Position numbers and translations under genes: made by a program. A stretch of DNA of 64,000 nucleotides from contig JAJDYR010000022.1 in NCBI GenBank assembly GCA_022825065.1, positions 97,021-161,020 of the forward strand, in the 5' to 3' direction. Under the pieces are notes generated by a model. The model was not told where the DNA came from, did no database searches, and saw only the letters and a program-made list of their open reading frames with translations. Below are positions 57,019-64,000 of the stretch, piece after piece. The DNA comes from a bacterium. GTDB lineage: Bacteria; UBA8248. Positions within the stretch are counted from its first letter, which is position 1. Each line of letters starts with the position of its first letter.

Positions 57019-57212
57019 GGTGAACAATTCGATGATCGGGGTTCCCTCCTCAGGGAAACTCTTTCAACAAGCCCATCCGAGGGCGACTCATCGGGGCGCC
57101 CCCCCAACGGAACGTGTCGTAAAGTGCTTTTTGTGTTGTTATGCTATAAAGAATTCGAAGAGCAATGCCCGTAGCCGGTTCATTATATGATCGCCGGATT
57201 TGAGGAACAGCA

Positions 57213-58028
57213 ATGAGTTTTCCGAGTTGGAAGAGCACGCTGGAGCGGATGGCGGAGCATCTCACCGCCCTGCTCCCCGGCGCCGTGGCTGCTGTCGGAC
57301 TGCTGCTCGTAGGCTGGCTCATGGCGAGCCTGCTGCGCATGCTGACCAGAAAGCTGGTCGTCGCGGTCATCGCGCGTATCAACACGCACTTTCGACACAC
57401 CGAGGGCCTGCTTGGAACACGCATGACCGAAGATGCCCCACGAGTCGTGGGAGCATTCGTGTATTGGGTTGTCCTTCTGTTTTTCCTGGCGGCGGCGATA
57501 GAAAAGCTGCCCCTGCCGATCGTGACCAGCGCGCTGCAAAGTATCGCCTACTACGTGCCGAAAATCCTCCTGGCGGTCGTGATTGTCTTCATCGGACTTG
57601 GCGCGGGCACCGTGGCCAACCGATGGACGGCGCGGGTCGCTGCGGCGGCAGGCGTGGAGTTCGCTCCGGCGCTCGGTCGGATCGCCCAGGTCGCTATTCT
57701 CATTGTGGCGCTGAGCGTCGGCTCGCAGGAGATCGGCCTGGAAAGCGAATTTTTCACCGCCACGATTCTCATTGTGCTGGCCACTATCCTGGGAGGGCTT
57801 GCGCTGGCCTTCGGGCTGGGTTCCAGCCCGGTCGTGACGAATATCATGGCCTCCTACTACGCAGCTCAGGTCTATCGCGTAGGCGACGTCGTACGCGTAG
57901 GAGACATCGAGGGCACCGTACGGGAGATCAGGACGGTGTGCATCGTGCTCGACACTGCCGACGGTCAAGTCCACCTGCCGGCCAGGAAGTATTGCGATGA
58001 TATTTCGATCGTGTCGAGGAAAGAGTAA
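57213..58028 (+). CDS. Small membrane protein related to MscS mechanosensitive channels. Has conserved-TM-helix repeats and a short MscS beta-domain-like segment, and is much shorter than canonical MscS.
   Basis: Several TM helices, then 'QVYRVGDVVRVGDIEGTVREIRTVCIVLDTADGQVHLP', which resembles the start of the MscS beta domain. 271 aa. The stop overlaps the next start (TAATG). Confidence 0.45.
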   Translation: MSFPSWKSTLERMAEHLTALLPGAVAAVGLLLVGWLMASLLRMLTRKLVVAVIARINTHFRHTEGLLGTRMTEDAPRVVGAFVYWVVLLFFLAAAIEKLPLPIVTSALQSIAYYVPKILLAVVIVFIGLGAGTVANRWTARVAAAAGVEFAPALGRIAQVAILIVALSVGSQEIGLESEFFTATILIVLATILGGLALAFGLGSSPVVTNIMASYYAAQVYRVGDVVRVGDIEGTVREIRTVCIVLDTADGQVHLPARKYCDDISIVSRKE

Positions 58029-58864
58029 TGCAGACCCCGCTCCGGGCCATGGCCCAACTCCACGTGGACCGCCACCCCGAGGAAGCCGCGCGAGTATTGG
58101 AAAACCTCCCTCCAGGCGAAATCGCAGCCGTCCTGCAGAAAGCGTCGGCCAATGGCGCCGCAGGCGTCCTGGCCTGCCTCGCCCCTGGCCTGGCGAGCAT
58201 GTGCCTGGCCCACTGCCCTGAAAGAGAGCGCTCAGCGGTCGTAGGTTTACTCCCGACACGCACTGCCGCTGCGCTGCTGCGCCAACTGGAACCGGGCGTC
58301 CGGGACGAAACGCTCCGCGCTCTTCCGGAGTCCGACCGGGCGCGGCTCAGCCGGGTCCTGAGTTATCCGGCTCAGTCAGCCGGAGCATTCGCGGACCCCT
58401 CCGTCCTCACCCTCCACGCCGATCTGACGGTAGAAGAGGCCCTGAGCCGCCTCAGCCAAAGTCAGGGTCCGGTCGCCGGCCGCATCTTCGTCCTCGATCG
58501 CTCCCAGCGCCTTGTCGGCGCCGTGACGCCGGGTCAGTTGCTCACGAGCCGTCGCGGCGCGCCCCTCGCATCTCTGGACCTGGGCCCGGCCCATGCGGTC
58601 GTGGACCGCGCCAGCGCTGCGGCGCTGCGGGCCACATCTGCAGAACCGCTTGCCGTGGTGGACCCGCAGGGCGTATTCGTGGGCGCCATCGGCGACGACG
58701 TCCTGCCCCGCCTCGAGCCGCAGCGGCAACGCCCGACAGTCGCTCACTTCGTCGCCGCGGCAGGCGAAATGTACTGGCTCGGATTTCGGGAGATACTGAT
58801 CGGCTTGTGTTCCGGTTCCCGTTCAGCCGAGCCGCCAGGAGAAATGCCCCGTGCCGACTCCTGA
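58028..58864 (+). CDS. Soluble MgtE-N-domain / CBS-pair protein (the MgtE cytoplasmic regulatory module without a membrane domain)
   Basis: 'HPEEAARVLENLPPGEIAAVLQKAS...' MgtE_N-like, then 'LTVEEALSRLS...RIFVLDRSQRLVGAVTPGQLL' CBS-like. No TM segments. 278 aa. Overlaps mgtE by 14 bp. Confidence 0.55.
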   Translation: MQTPLRAMAQLHVDRHPEEAARVLENLPPGEIAAVLQKASANGAAGVLACLAPGLASMCLAHCPERERSAVVGLLPTRTAAALLRQLEPGVRDETLRALPESDRARLSRVLSYPAQSAGAFADPSVLTLHADLTVEEALSRLSQSQGPVAGRIFVLDRSQRLVGAVTPGQLLTSRRGAPLASLDLGPAHAVVDRASAAALRATSAEPLAVVDPQGVFVGAIGDDVLPRLEPQRQRPTVAHFVAAAGEMYWLGFREILIGLCSGSRSAEPPGEMPRADS

Positions 58865-60161
58865 CCTCAGTACGGAACGCCTGCTGACCGAGAATTTTTT
58901 TACCCGCCATCCCGAACAGGCTGCGGATCAACTCGAAATGGCGACATCTTCCGAGGCAGCCGGGATTCTCGCTCAGCTCACCCCGAGGATCGCGAGCGTC
59001 GCCTTTCGCCGTGTGGCGCCAGCCAAGGCTCTGGACATTCTGCTCGAGATTGACCGCGAACATGCCAGACAACTCCTCCGTGATCTCGACCCGCCCCAAG
59101 CCGGCGCCCTGCTCAGCGGCCTGAGCGAAGAGGAGCGCCGGGAGCTGCTGGCCGGTCTGGCGCCGTCCGAGTCCAGAGTGCTGCAATCCCTCATGCAGTA
59201 TCCCGAAGACAGCGCCGGGCGGCTGATGGACCCCCGAATCGCCATCTTCCGGCCCGGCATCACGGCCGGGGAGGCGTTGGAGCGGTTGCGCTCGATGAAG
59301 CCGGGGAGGCGTTTCTTTGACCTGCTGCTCGTTGACGAGACAGGGCGTCTGTCCGGAAGCGTTCCGTTGCACCAGGCCGTGCTGGCCGAACCGGACACCA
59401 TGCTGACCGAATTGATAGCAGGTCCGCCACTTGCCGTGTCGGCTTTCGCCACGCGGGAAGAGGTCGTCGCCACCCTGGAGCTTCAACGGCTGGCCAACAT
59501 CCCCGTGATCGACTACAACGACAAGCCGATCGGGAGTATTCGGCTCGCCGAGCTGGTGTCTGCGGTTGAAACCGAAATCAGCGCCAATCTGGTCAGCGTC
59601 ACCGGCGCCAGCAAGGAAGAGCGCGCCCTGTCGACCGTCGGCTTTGCGGTGCGCAAGCGCCTGCCGTGGCTGCAGCTGAATCTGCTCACCGCCTTTTTGG
59701 CCGCATCGGTGGTCGGCCTTTTCGAAGACACCATTGCCCGGTTCACCGCCCTGGCCGTTTTGTTGCCTGTAGTGGCCGGGCAGTCGGGCAACACCGGTGC
59801 GCAAGCGCTGGCCGTTGTACTGCGCGGGCTGACCCTTCGTGAAATCACGCTTCGGCACTGGGCGCGGGTCGTGTTCAAGGAGTTCTCGACGGGACTGATA
59901 AACGGCCTGGGAGTCGCATTGGTCACCTGTGCGGGGGTGTACGTGTGGAGCGGCTCGACCGGAATTGTGCTCGTCATCGGCGTCGCCATGGTGTTATCGA
60001 TGGCGATAGCCGGCGTGGCCGGCGCCCTGATCCCGATATTGCTGTCGATGCTGGGCCAGGATCCGGCCCAGTCCTCCTCCATCGTCCTGACCACCGTTAC
60101 CGACGTTTTCGGTTTCTTCAGCTTTCTTGGCCTGGCGGTTGTGTTTTCTTCTTACCTATGA
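58851..60161 (+). CDS. mgtE: Magnesium transporter MgtE (N domain + CBS pair + 5-TM channel domain)
   Basis: 'HPEQAADQLEMATSSEAAGILAQL', CBS region, C-terminal TM domain 'LAVLLPVVAGQSGNTGAQALAVVLRGL...DVFGFFSFLGLA'. 436 aa. Confidence 0.85.
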   Translation: MPTPDLSTERLLTENFFTRHPEQAADQLEMATSSEAAGILAQLTPRIASVAFRRVAPAKALDILLEIDREHARQLLRDLDPPQAGALLSGLSEEERRELLAGLAPSESRVLQSLMQYPEDSAGRLMDPRIAIFRPGITAGEALERLRSMKPGRRFFDLLLVDETGRLSGSVPLHQAVLAEPDTMLTELIAGPPLAVSAFATREEVVATLELQRLANIPVIDYNDKPIGSIRLAELVSAVETEISANLVSVTGASKEERALSTVGFAVRKRLPWLQLNLLTAFLAASVVGLFEDTIARFTALAVLLPVVAGQSGNTGAQALAVVLRGLTLREITLRHWARVVFKEFSTGLINGLGVALVTCAGVYVWSGSTGIVLVIGVAMVLSMAIAGVAGALIPILLSMLGQDPAQSSSIVLTTVTDVFGFFSFLGLAVVFSSYL

Positions 60162-60189
60162 ATCGGTCGCGTGGAACGGAGGTAAAACG

Positions 60190-61443
60190 ATGACGGTGCT
60201 TTTGATTGTGGCGGGACTCACGGTTCTGCTTTCGAGTATGTGTTCGCTCTTCGAGGCCACGCTTTACTCCACCCGCCTCGGGACGCTCGAGGCCGAGAAG
60301 GCCACGGGCAAGTACGCGCGCCGCGCCGATAGGCTCATCGCCATGAAGACGAACATCGTCCGGCCGACCTCCGCGATCCTCGTGCTCAATACCTTCGCGA
60401 ACACGGCCGGCGCCACGATCTGCGGGATGTACGCCGTCCAGTTGATGGGCGCAGGCTGGGTGCCGGTGTTTTCCGTCGGCCTGACCCTCGCCATCCTCTT
60501 CGTGGGGGAGATTCTGCCCAAGACGTACGGGGCCACCCACTGGCGCGCGACATGGCCGTTGATCGTCTGGCCGCTCGCGCTGATGCAGACCGTTCTTTCG
60601 CCGTTCATCCGGATCACCCAGGCGTTCGCGCGCTGCTTCACCGGCGACCCGAACGTAGCGCCGGTCACCGAGGACGAGATTCAGGCCGACATGCGGTTGG
60701 GGAAGGAGGCCGGCGAACTCACCACCTCGGAACTCCAGCTTCTCAACGCGGTGTTCCATTTCGACGATATGCTGACGCGCCAGGTGATGGTCCCGCGCCG
60801 GGACGTCGCGTTCCTGGATTCGCGGTGGCCGATCGAGAAATGCCTGGCCGTCATCCATGAAACGCGCCACACGCGGTTTCCGTTGTGCGCGGGCTCGCTG
60901 GACGAGGCGGTCGGGCTGATCCACGTCAAGGACCTGCTGGGCATCGTCGACGGCACGGCGGACACGCTCCAATCCCTGGCGCGGCCTCTTCGCCACGTTC
61001 CCGAAACCCTGCCCCTCAACCGCCTGCTGCGGGAGATGCAGCACACCCGGCAGCACATGGCGCTGGTCGACGACGAGTTCGGGACCGTCGTCGGCGTCAT
61101 CACCCTGGAGAACATCATCGAGCAGATCGTCGGCGCCGTGCAGGACGAGTTCGACAGCGAGACGCCGGATATCGCGCCGGAAGGAGCCAACGTATTCATC
61201 GTGCGCGGCCTGTTGCCGATCGACAGGGTGAACCGGGAGCTGGGTCTCGACTTGTATGCGCCCGACGTGGATACGCTGTCGGGTCTGCTGGTCAGCCGCA
61301 TGAACCGGCTGCTCAAGGCCGGCGACCGGATCCGGCTTCGGGGCGCTATCGCCGAGGTCGTCGAGGAGGAAGACGGACGGGCGACCAAAGTTCGCATCCG
61401 TATTTCCGACGGCGAAGAAGACGAGGAGACGGCGCCGGAGTAG
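60190..61443 (+). CDS. CNNM/CorC-HlyC-family Mg2+/Co2+ transport protein (DUF21 TM domain + CBS pair + CorC_HlyC transporter-associated domain). Start at ATG 60190 after GGAGG.
   Basis: 'MTVLLIVAGLTVLLSSMCSLFEATLYS' (DUF21), 'AVFHFDDMLTRQVMVPRRDVAFLD' (CBS), C-terminal 'FIVRGLLPIDRVNRELGLDL...LSGLLVSRMNRLLKAGDRIRL'. Confidence 0.8.
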   Translation: MTVLLIVAGLTVLLSSMCSLFEATLYSTRLGTLEAEKATGKYARRADRLIAMKTNIVRPTSAILVLNTFANTAGATICGMYAVQLMGAGWVPVFSVGLTLAILFVGEILPKTYGATHWRATWPLIVWPLALMQTVLSPFIRITQAFARCFTGDPNVAPVTEDEIQADMRLGKEAGELTTSELQLLNAVFHFDDMLTRQVMVPRRDVAFLDSRWPIEKCLAVIHETRHTRFPLCAGSLDEAVGLIHVKDLLGIVDGTADTLQSLARPLRHVPETLPLNRLLREMQHTRQHMALVDDEFGTVVGVITLENIIEQIVGAVQDEFDSETPDIAPEGANVFIVRGLLPIDRVNRELGLDLYAPDVDTLSGLLVSRMNRLLKAGDRIRLRGAIAEVVEEEDGRATKVRIRISDGEEDEETAPE

Positions 61444-61701
61444 AGCGAACCCCCGCCATGTCCGTTAAAGGGCGCCATGGAGCAAGAGACTGCATGGCAG
61501 GTCGTTCGACTGCGAAAGCCTCCCTTCGCGGACGGCGCTCCCCTCCTGGCCCTTCAGGCATGACTCCATTCAGAGCAGGCTCTATGTGTGGATTTCGCAA
61601 GAAAGAAGTGCGCAATTTCCCGCATTTTCGGCGAGTGGATGCCGAGGCAATCGGGTATCCCGACGGGTTGATTCAAAACCTGAAAGGCTTCTGGAATTTC
61701 C

Positions 61702-61765
61702 GTAAATTTAGATAAAATTAGATAAATTCACGGGGTTTTTCGATAAATTGCTGAAAATTTTCGAG
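61702..61765. repeat. AT-rich tract with three 'YAGATAAAWT'-like direct repeats in a GC-rich convergent intergenic region
   Basis: 'taaattTAGATAAAATTAGATAAATTcacggggtttttCGATAAATTgctgaaaattttcgagg'. Confidence 0.5.
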
Positions 61766-61916
61766 GGGAAATACGGGATTTTGCGGGGAAATGCGGGGCC
61801 TGAACGTGCGCAAATGCGGGGAATCGCGCGGGTGAAAATCGCCCTCCCCCAGAACACCGTGAGGATACCACGGCCAGGAAGGCGTGCGCTCGGCGGCAAA
61901 TGCGGGGAATTGCGCG
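61766..61916. repeat. Cluster of five '(A/T)AAT(A/G)CGGGG' motifs. Includes two 21-bp direct repeats GCAAATGCGGGGAAT(C/T)GCGCG at 61810-61830 and 61896-61916, 86 bp apart.
   Basis: Read directly: 'GGGGAAATACGGGATTTTGCGGGGAAATGCGGGG...GCGCAAATGCGGGGAATCGCGCGGG...GGCAAATGCGGGGAATTGCGCGC'. Confidence 0.55.
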
Positions 61917-61991
61917 CTTGCTCGGGGCGGCGCCCGACACGCCGGAGTCCGCTCATGCGCCCGATTCGTTTTACCCGGTAACCCGTTGATA

Positions 61992-63035
61992 TTACTTGCG
62001 TTTTTTCTCCATATCCAGGAGTTTTCTCTTGCGCTCCACGCCCCAGCGATAGCCCGCCAGGGAGCCGTCGGCCCGGACCGCCCTGTGGCAAGGCACCAGC
62101 AGCGCCACTGGATTCTTTGCGCATGCGCTTCCCACCGCTCGCGCGCCCTTCGGCAAGCCTAAGTCTTCGGCAATATCTTTATAAGTCATTGTTTTTCCGT
62201 GAGGAATCTCTTTAAGCCGCTCCCAGACGCGGCACTGGAAAGCGCTGGCGCGCACGTCGAGCGGCAAGGATTCAGACGGTGTTTCACCCTCGGCGAGACG
62301 CGCGACGATACTCAAGTATTCCTTTAACTGATCATCATTTCGGCTCAGATTTGAGTAGGGATATTCATTTTTCAGATCGGTGATGAGTTCGCCGACAGTA
62401 TCGGCAATGCTCACGCGGCACACGCCCTTCTCCGTAGCCGCCACCAGCAACCTACCCAACGCGCATTTGGCGATTCCGTAGCGTATCGAAACACCCGCCC
62501 CGCCCTTCTTGTACGCCCCCGGCGTCATGCCCAGATAGCGCGACGCGCCCTCGTACACCCCCCTGCTGGAGCCGTACCCGGCCTCGTAGCCGGCGCCCGC
62601 CAGGTCGCGCCCGTTTTTGAGTAGATCCTTGTATTTCTGGGCCTTAAGGGATTCGAGATACTGGCGGGGACTCACGCCCAAAGCCCTCTTGAAGCTTCGC
62701 TGCAGGTGGTGGGGGCTTACCCCTGCGCACCGCCCCAACTCGGCGAGCGTGGGGCTTTCATCGGCGTGTTCCTCGATGTAGCGAACGGCTTTTCTCACCT
62801 TATCGAGACGGGGATCGTAGCCCGCATCCTGCGGAGCGCACCGCAGGCAGGGCCTGAAACCGCGCGCTTCGGCCATTTCCGGGAATTTGAATATCAACAC
62901 GTTGTTTTTCCTGGGCTTACGGCTCGCGCACGAAGGGCGGCAGTAGATTCCGGTGGAGCGAACGGCGTATACGAAATGTCCATCCGCCCCGGCGTCGCGC
63001 TTGAGAACCGCTTCCCATTGAGCGTTCATGTTCAC
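61992..63035 (-). CDS. ada: Bifunctional Ada: methylphosphotriester-DNA methyltransferase / AraC-type transcriptional regulator (N-terminal) plus O6-methylguanine-DNA methyltransferase (C-terminal). GTG start after GAGGAGG.
   Basis: N-terminal Cys4 'FVYAVRSTGIYCRPSCASRKPRKNNVLIFKFPEMAEARGFRPCLRCAP', AraC HTH, C-terminal active site 'VPCHRAVRADGSLAGYRWG'. 347 aa. Confidence 0.85.
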   Translation of the reverse strand: MNMNAQWEAVLKRDAGADGHFVYAVRSTGIYCRPSCASRKPRKNNVLIFKFPEMAEARGFRPCLRCAPQDAGYDPRLDKVRKAVRYIEEHADESPTLAELGRCAGVSPHHLQRSFKRALGVSPRQYLESLKAQKYKDLLKNGRDLAGAGYEAGYGSSRGVYEGASRYLGMTPGAYKKGGAGVSIRYGIAKCALGRLLVAATEKGVCRVSIADTVGELITDLKNEYPYSNLSRNDDQLKEYLSIVARLAEGETPSESLPLDVRASAFQCRVWERLKEIPHGKTMTYKDIAEDLGLPKGARAVGSACAKNPVALLVPCHRAVRADGSLAGYRWGVERKRKLLDMEKKRK

Positions 63036-63064
63036 TTTCCAACCTCCTCAAAAGACGTGAGCGA

Positions 63065-63077
63065 TTGCATATTCATT
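63065..63077 (-). promoter_or_regulatory. Putative Ada box (AAT-N6-GCAA: AATGAATATGCAA on the ada strand), about 30 bp upstream of the ada start
   Basis: Plus strand 'TTGCATATTCATT' at 63065-63077. The E. coli Ada-regulated promoters carry AAT(N6)GCAA. Confidence 0.3.
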
Positions 63078-63201
63078 CATAATGTAACCGCAACGCCGGG
63101 AGCCTTCTATCCGATTCTTGCTGTCAAATCAGATTTCCGGTTTCCGAGGGGTGAAATTTTAACTACATAAAATTCAAATGGATACAAGGAGGATCTTAAT
63201 C

Positions 63202-64000
63202 TCATATACCCGCCCGGAAAACGATTTTCCCTCCGACCATCGTGAGCAAGGGCTTGATGTCCCTGATTTGATCTTCGGGAATCGTCATGTAATCGCGGTC
63301 GAGCACGACGAGGTCCGCCAGTTTGCCCTTTTCGATGGAGCCCAGTTCCTTCTCCTTGAAAAACAGGTATGCGTTCGAGCGCGTATGAGCGATGAGCGCT
63401 TGTTTTCTCGAAACGGTCTCGGCCTGCGAAAGCGCCCTCTCCCCGCCCAAATCCATGCCCGTCACGGCCCACCAAAGCGATAGCATGGGCGGATATGGGG
63501 CTACGACGCCGGCGTCCGTACCAAGCCCCCAGATAACCCCGCTGTTTTGAACCGTCCTGAGCGGCGGGAGCGAGAGAGCGCGCTCGCCCAATCTGCGTCT
63601 CAGCGCGGAGCCCAGAATCGTCATCTTGCTGTGCAGGGCCAGAGTCATCCCGAGCGCCCTGACGCGCTCGATATTTCTCCGTGAAATGAAATCGGCGTGA
63701 TGAATCGACCAGCGAAGTTTCGTGATGTCTTTTCTCTGATTTATCTTCTCGAAAATATCCAGGTACCGCGTGATGGTCGTATCGCGAAAAGCGTGTTCGT
63801 GAATCGTCCATCCCCCGTCCGCCGCCGCCTCGGAAACCTTTGCGAATTCAGCATAAGCCTCATCCGGGAACCTCGAGGGCCTGAACGCCGAATCGTGGAG
63901 AGGCGCATACATATGCTCCCCGAGCGCGATATTCCCCATCATGCTGGCGGATTTATCAGGGCGGGAATTTCGAATGCGCTCAATCACTCTCTTGTTTCTC
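63202..64000 (-). CDS. Amidohydrolase-family protein, C-terminal part (the 5' end of the gene lies beyond the window end)
   Basis: '...GLGTDAGVVAPYPPMLSLWWAVTG...KGKLADLVVLDRDYMTIPEDQIRDIKPLLTMVGGKIVF' is a typical amidohydrolase C-terminus. The ORF is open to the window edge. Confidence 0.5.
   Translation of the reverse strand, partial: RNKRVIERIRNSRPDKSASMMGNIALGEHMYAPLHDSAFRPSRFPDEAYAEFAKVSEAAADGGWTIHEHAFRDTTITRYLDIFEKINQRKDITKLRWSIHHADFISRRNIERVRALGMTLALHSKMTILGSALRRRLGERALSLPPLRTVQNSGVIWGLGTDAGVVAPYPPMLSLWWAVTGMDLGGERALSQAETVSRKQALIAHTRSNAYLFFKEKELGSIEKGKLADLVVLDRDYMTIPEDQIRDIKPLLTMVGGKIVFRAGI

Noticed and set aside
39531-57212. Possibility that the short repeats are a CRISPR array
   Set aside because: The repeats belong to several unrelated families, are palindromic/TIR-type, are irregularly spaced, have no uniform spacer lengths and have no cas genes nearby. 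They are MITE/REP-like, not CRISPR.
39531-57212. Possibility that the repeat islands are an autonomous IS or transposon
   Set aside because: No transposase, integrase or resolvase ORF exists anywhere in the window apart from the chromosomal xerC/D. The elements are short (100-180 bp) and non-coding. They are non-autonomous MITE-like elements at most.
61748-61981. Small ORFs in the corC/ada convergent spacer (61748-61981 + 77 aa; 61728-61940 - 70 aa; 61708-62124 - 138 aa) as real small proteins
   Set aside because: Their sequence is dictated by the AATGCGGGG direct repeats. They overlap each other in all frames and have no start context. The region is more plausibly regulatory or non-coding.
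1-64000. tRNA, rRNA or tmRNA genes
   Set aside because: All non-coding stretches of 70 bp or more are accounted for by repeats or promoter regions. No cloverleaf-compatible sequence with a GTTCRANYC T-loop was seen. A tRNAscan run would be definitive.

Overview
GC-rich bacterial chromosomal window, roughly 60-65% GC by eye. No rRNA genes, tRNA genes, CRISPR arrays or transposases were recognised. The window splits into two architecturally different parts.

Part 1, positions 1 to about 39.5 kb. Almost every gene is on the minus strand, packed with gaps mostly under 60 bp. All are core housekeeping genes: an NtrY-like sensor kinase (5' part only), a DUF4390 protein, mutS, a LapA-like protein, ybeY, a PgpH-like 7TM-HD protein, phoH, xerC/D, murJ, then a co-directional array of at least 16 genes from lipA down to holA. 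The array is, in minus-strand order, lipA, an aminotransferase, hom, an ApgM-like protein, lysC, glyQ, glyS, ppdK, ribD-ribE-ribBA-ribH-nusB, an M17-N-like protein, lptE, holA. Further minus-strand genes are a SPOR protein, argS, recO, era, aspS, an MFS transporter and an aldo/keto reductase. Only rpsT and rpsU are on the plus strand. No interspersed repeats occur in this part.

Part 2, positions 39.5-57.2 kb. Orientation is mixed and the genes look accessory: comEC, a solitary TPP enzyme, a Sir2 deacylase, hisS, a double GNAT, fxsA, a Zn-ADH, OsmC, CoxG, DUF2064, a DsbA-like gene, a TPR lipoprotein and a cyclic amidohydrolase. Six intergenic islands in this part are mosaics of at least six short repeat families: MITE-like elements with 33-bp poly-C/G terminal inverted repeats, a second TIR element family, and several REP-like palindromes, reminiscent of BIME organisation.

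After 57.2 kb there is a tightly coupled Mg2+-related cluster (MscS-related protein, a soluble MgtE-N/CBS protein, MgtE, a CNNM/CorC protein), then ada and a 3' amidohydrolase fragment.

The most notable single gene is a DsbA/FrnE-like oxidoreductase. Its reading frame stays open through an in-frame TGA at 52740-52742, exactly where the first Cys of the CPWC redox motif aligns (giving U-A-W-C). A stem-loop begins about 10 nt downstream. This is a strong selenoprotein candidate; the ORF track has it truncated to start after the TGA.

Other points are the ApgM-like gene between lysC and hom (a candidate non-orthologous homoserine kinase), a ComEC whose C-terminal metallo-beta-lactamase domain appears to lack the His motifs, a standalone peptidase-M17 N-domain-like protein in the nusB-lptE operon, and a 550-bp convergent intergenic region with AT-rich and (A/T)AATGCGGGG direct repeats.

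The lineage cannot be fixed from the sequence alone. The gene order (phoH-pgpH-ybeY, apgM next to hom, selenoprotein use, ppdK) hints at a deltaproteobacterial/Desulfobacterota-like or related anaerobe. All protein calls rest on motifs I recognise from memory, not on searches.
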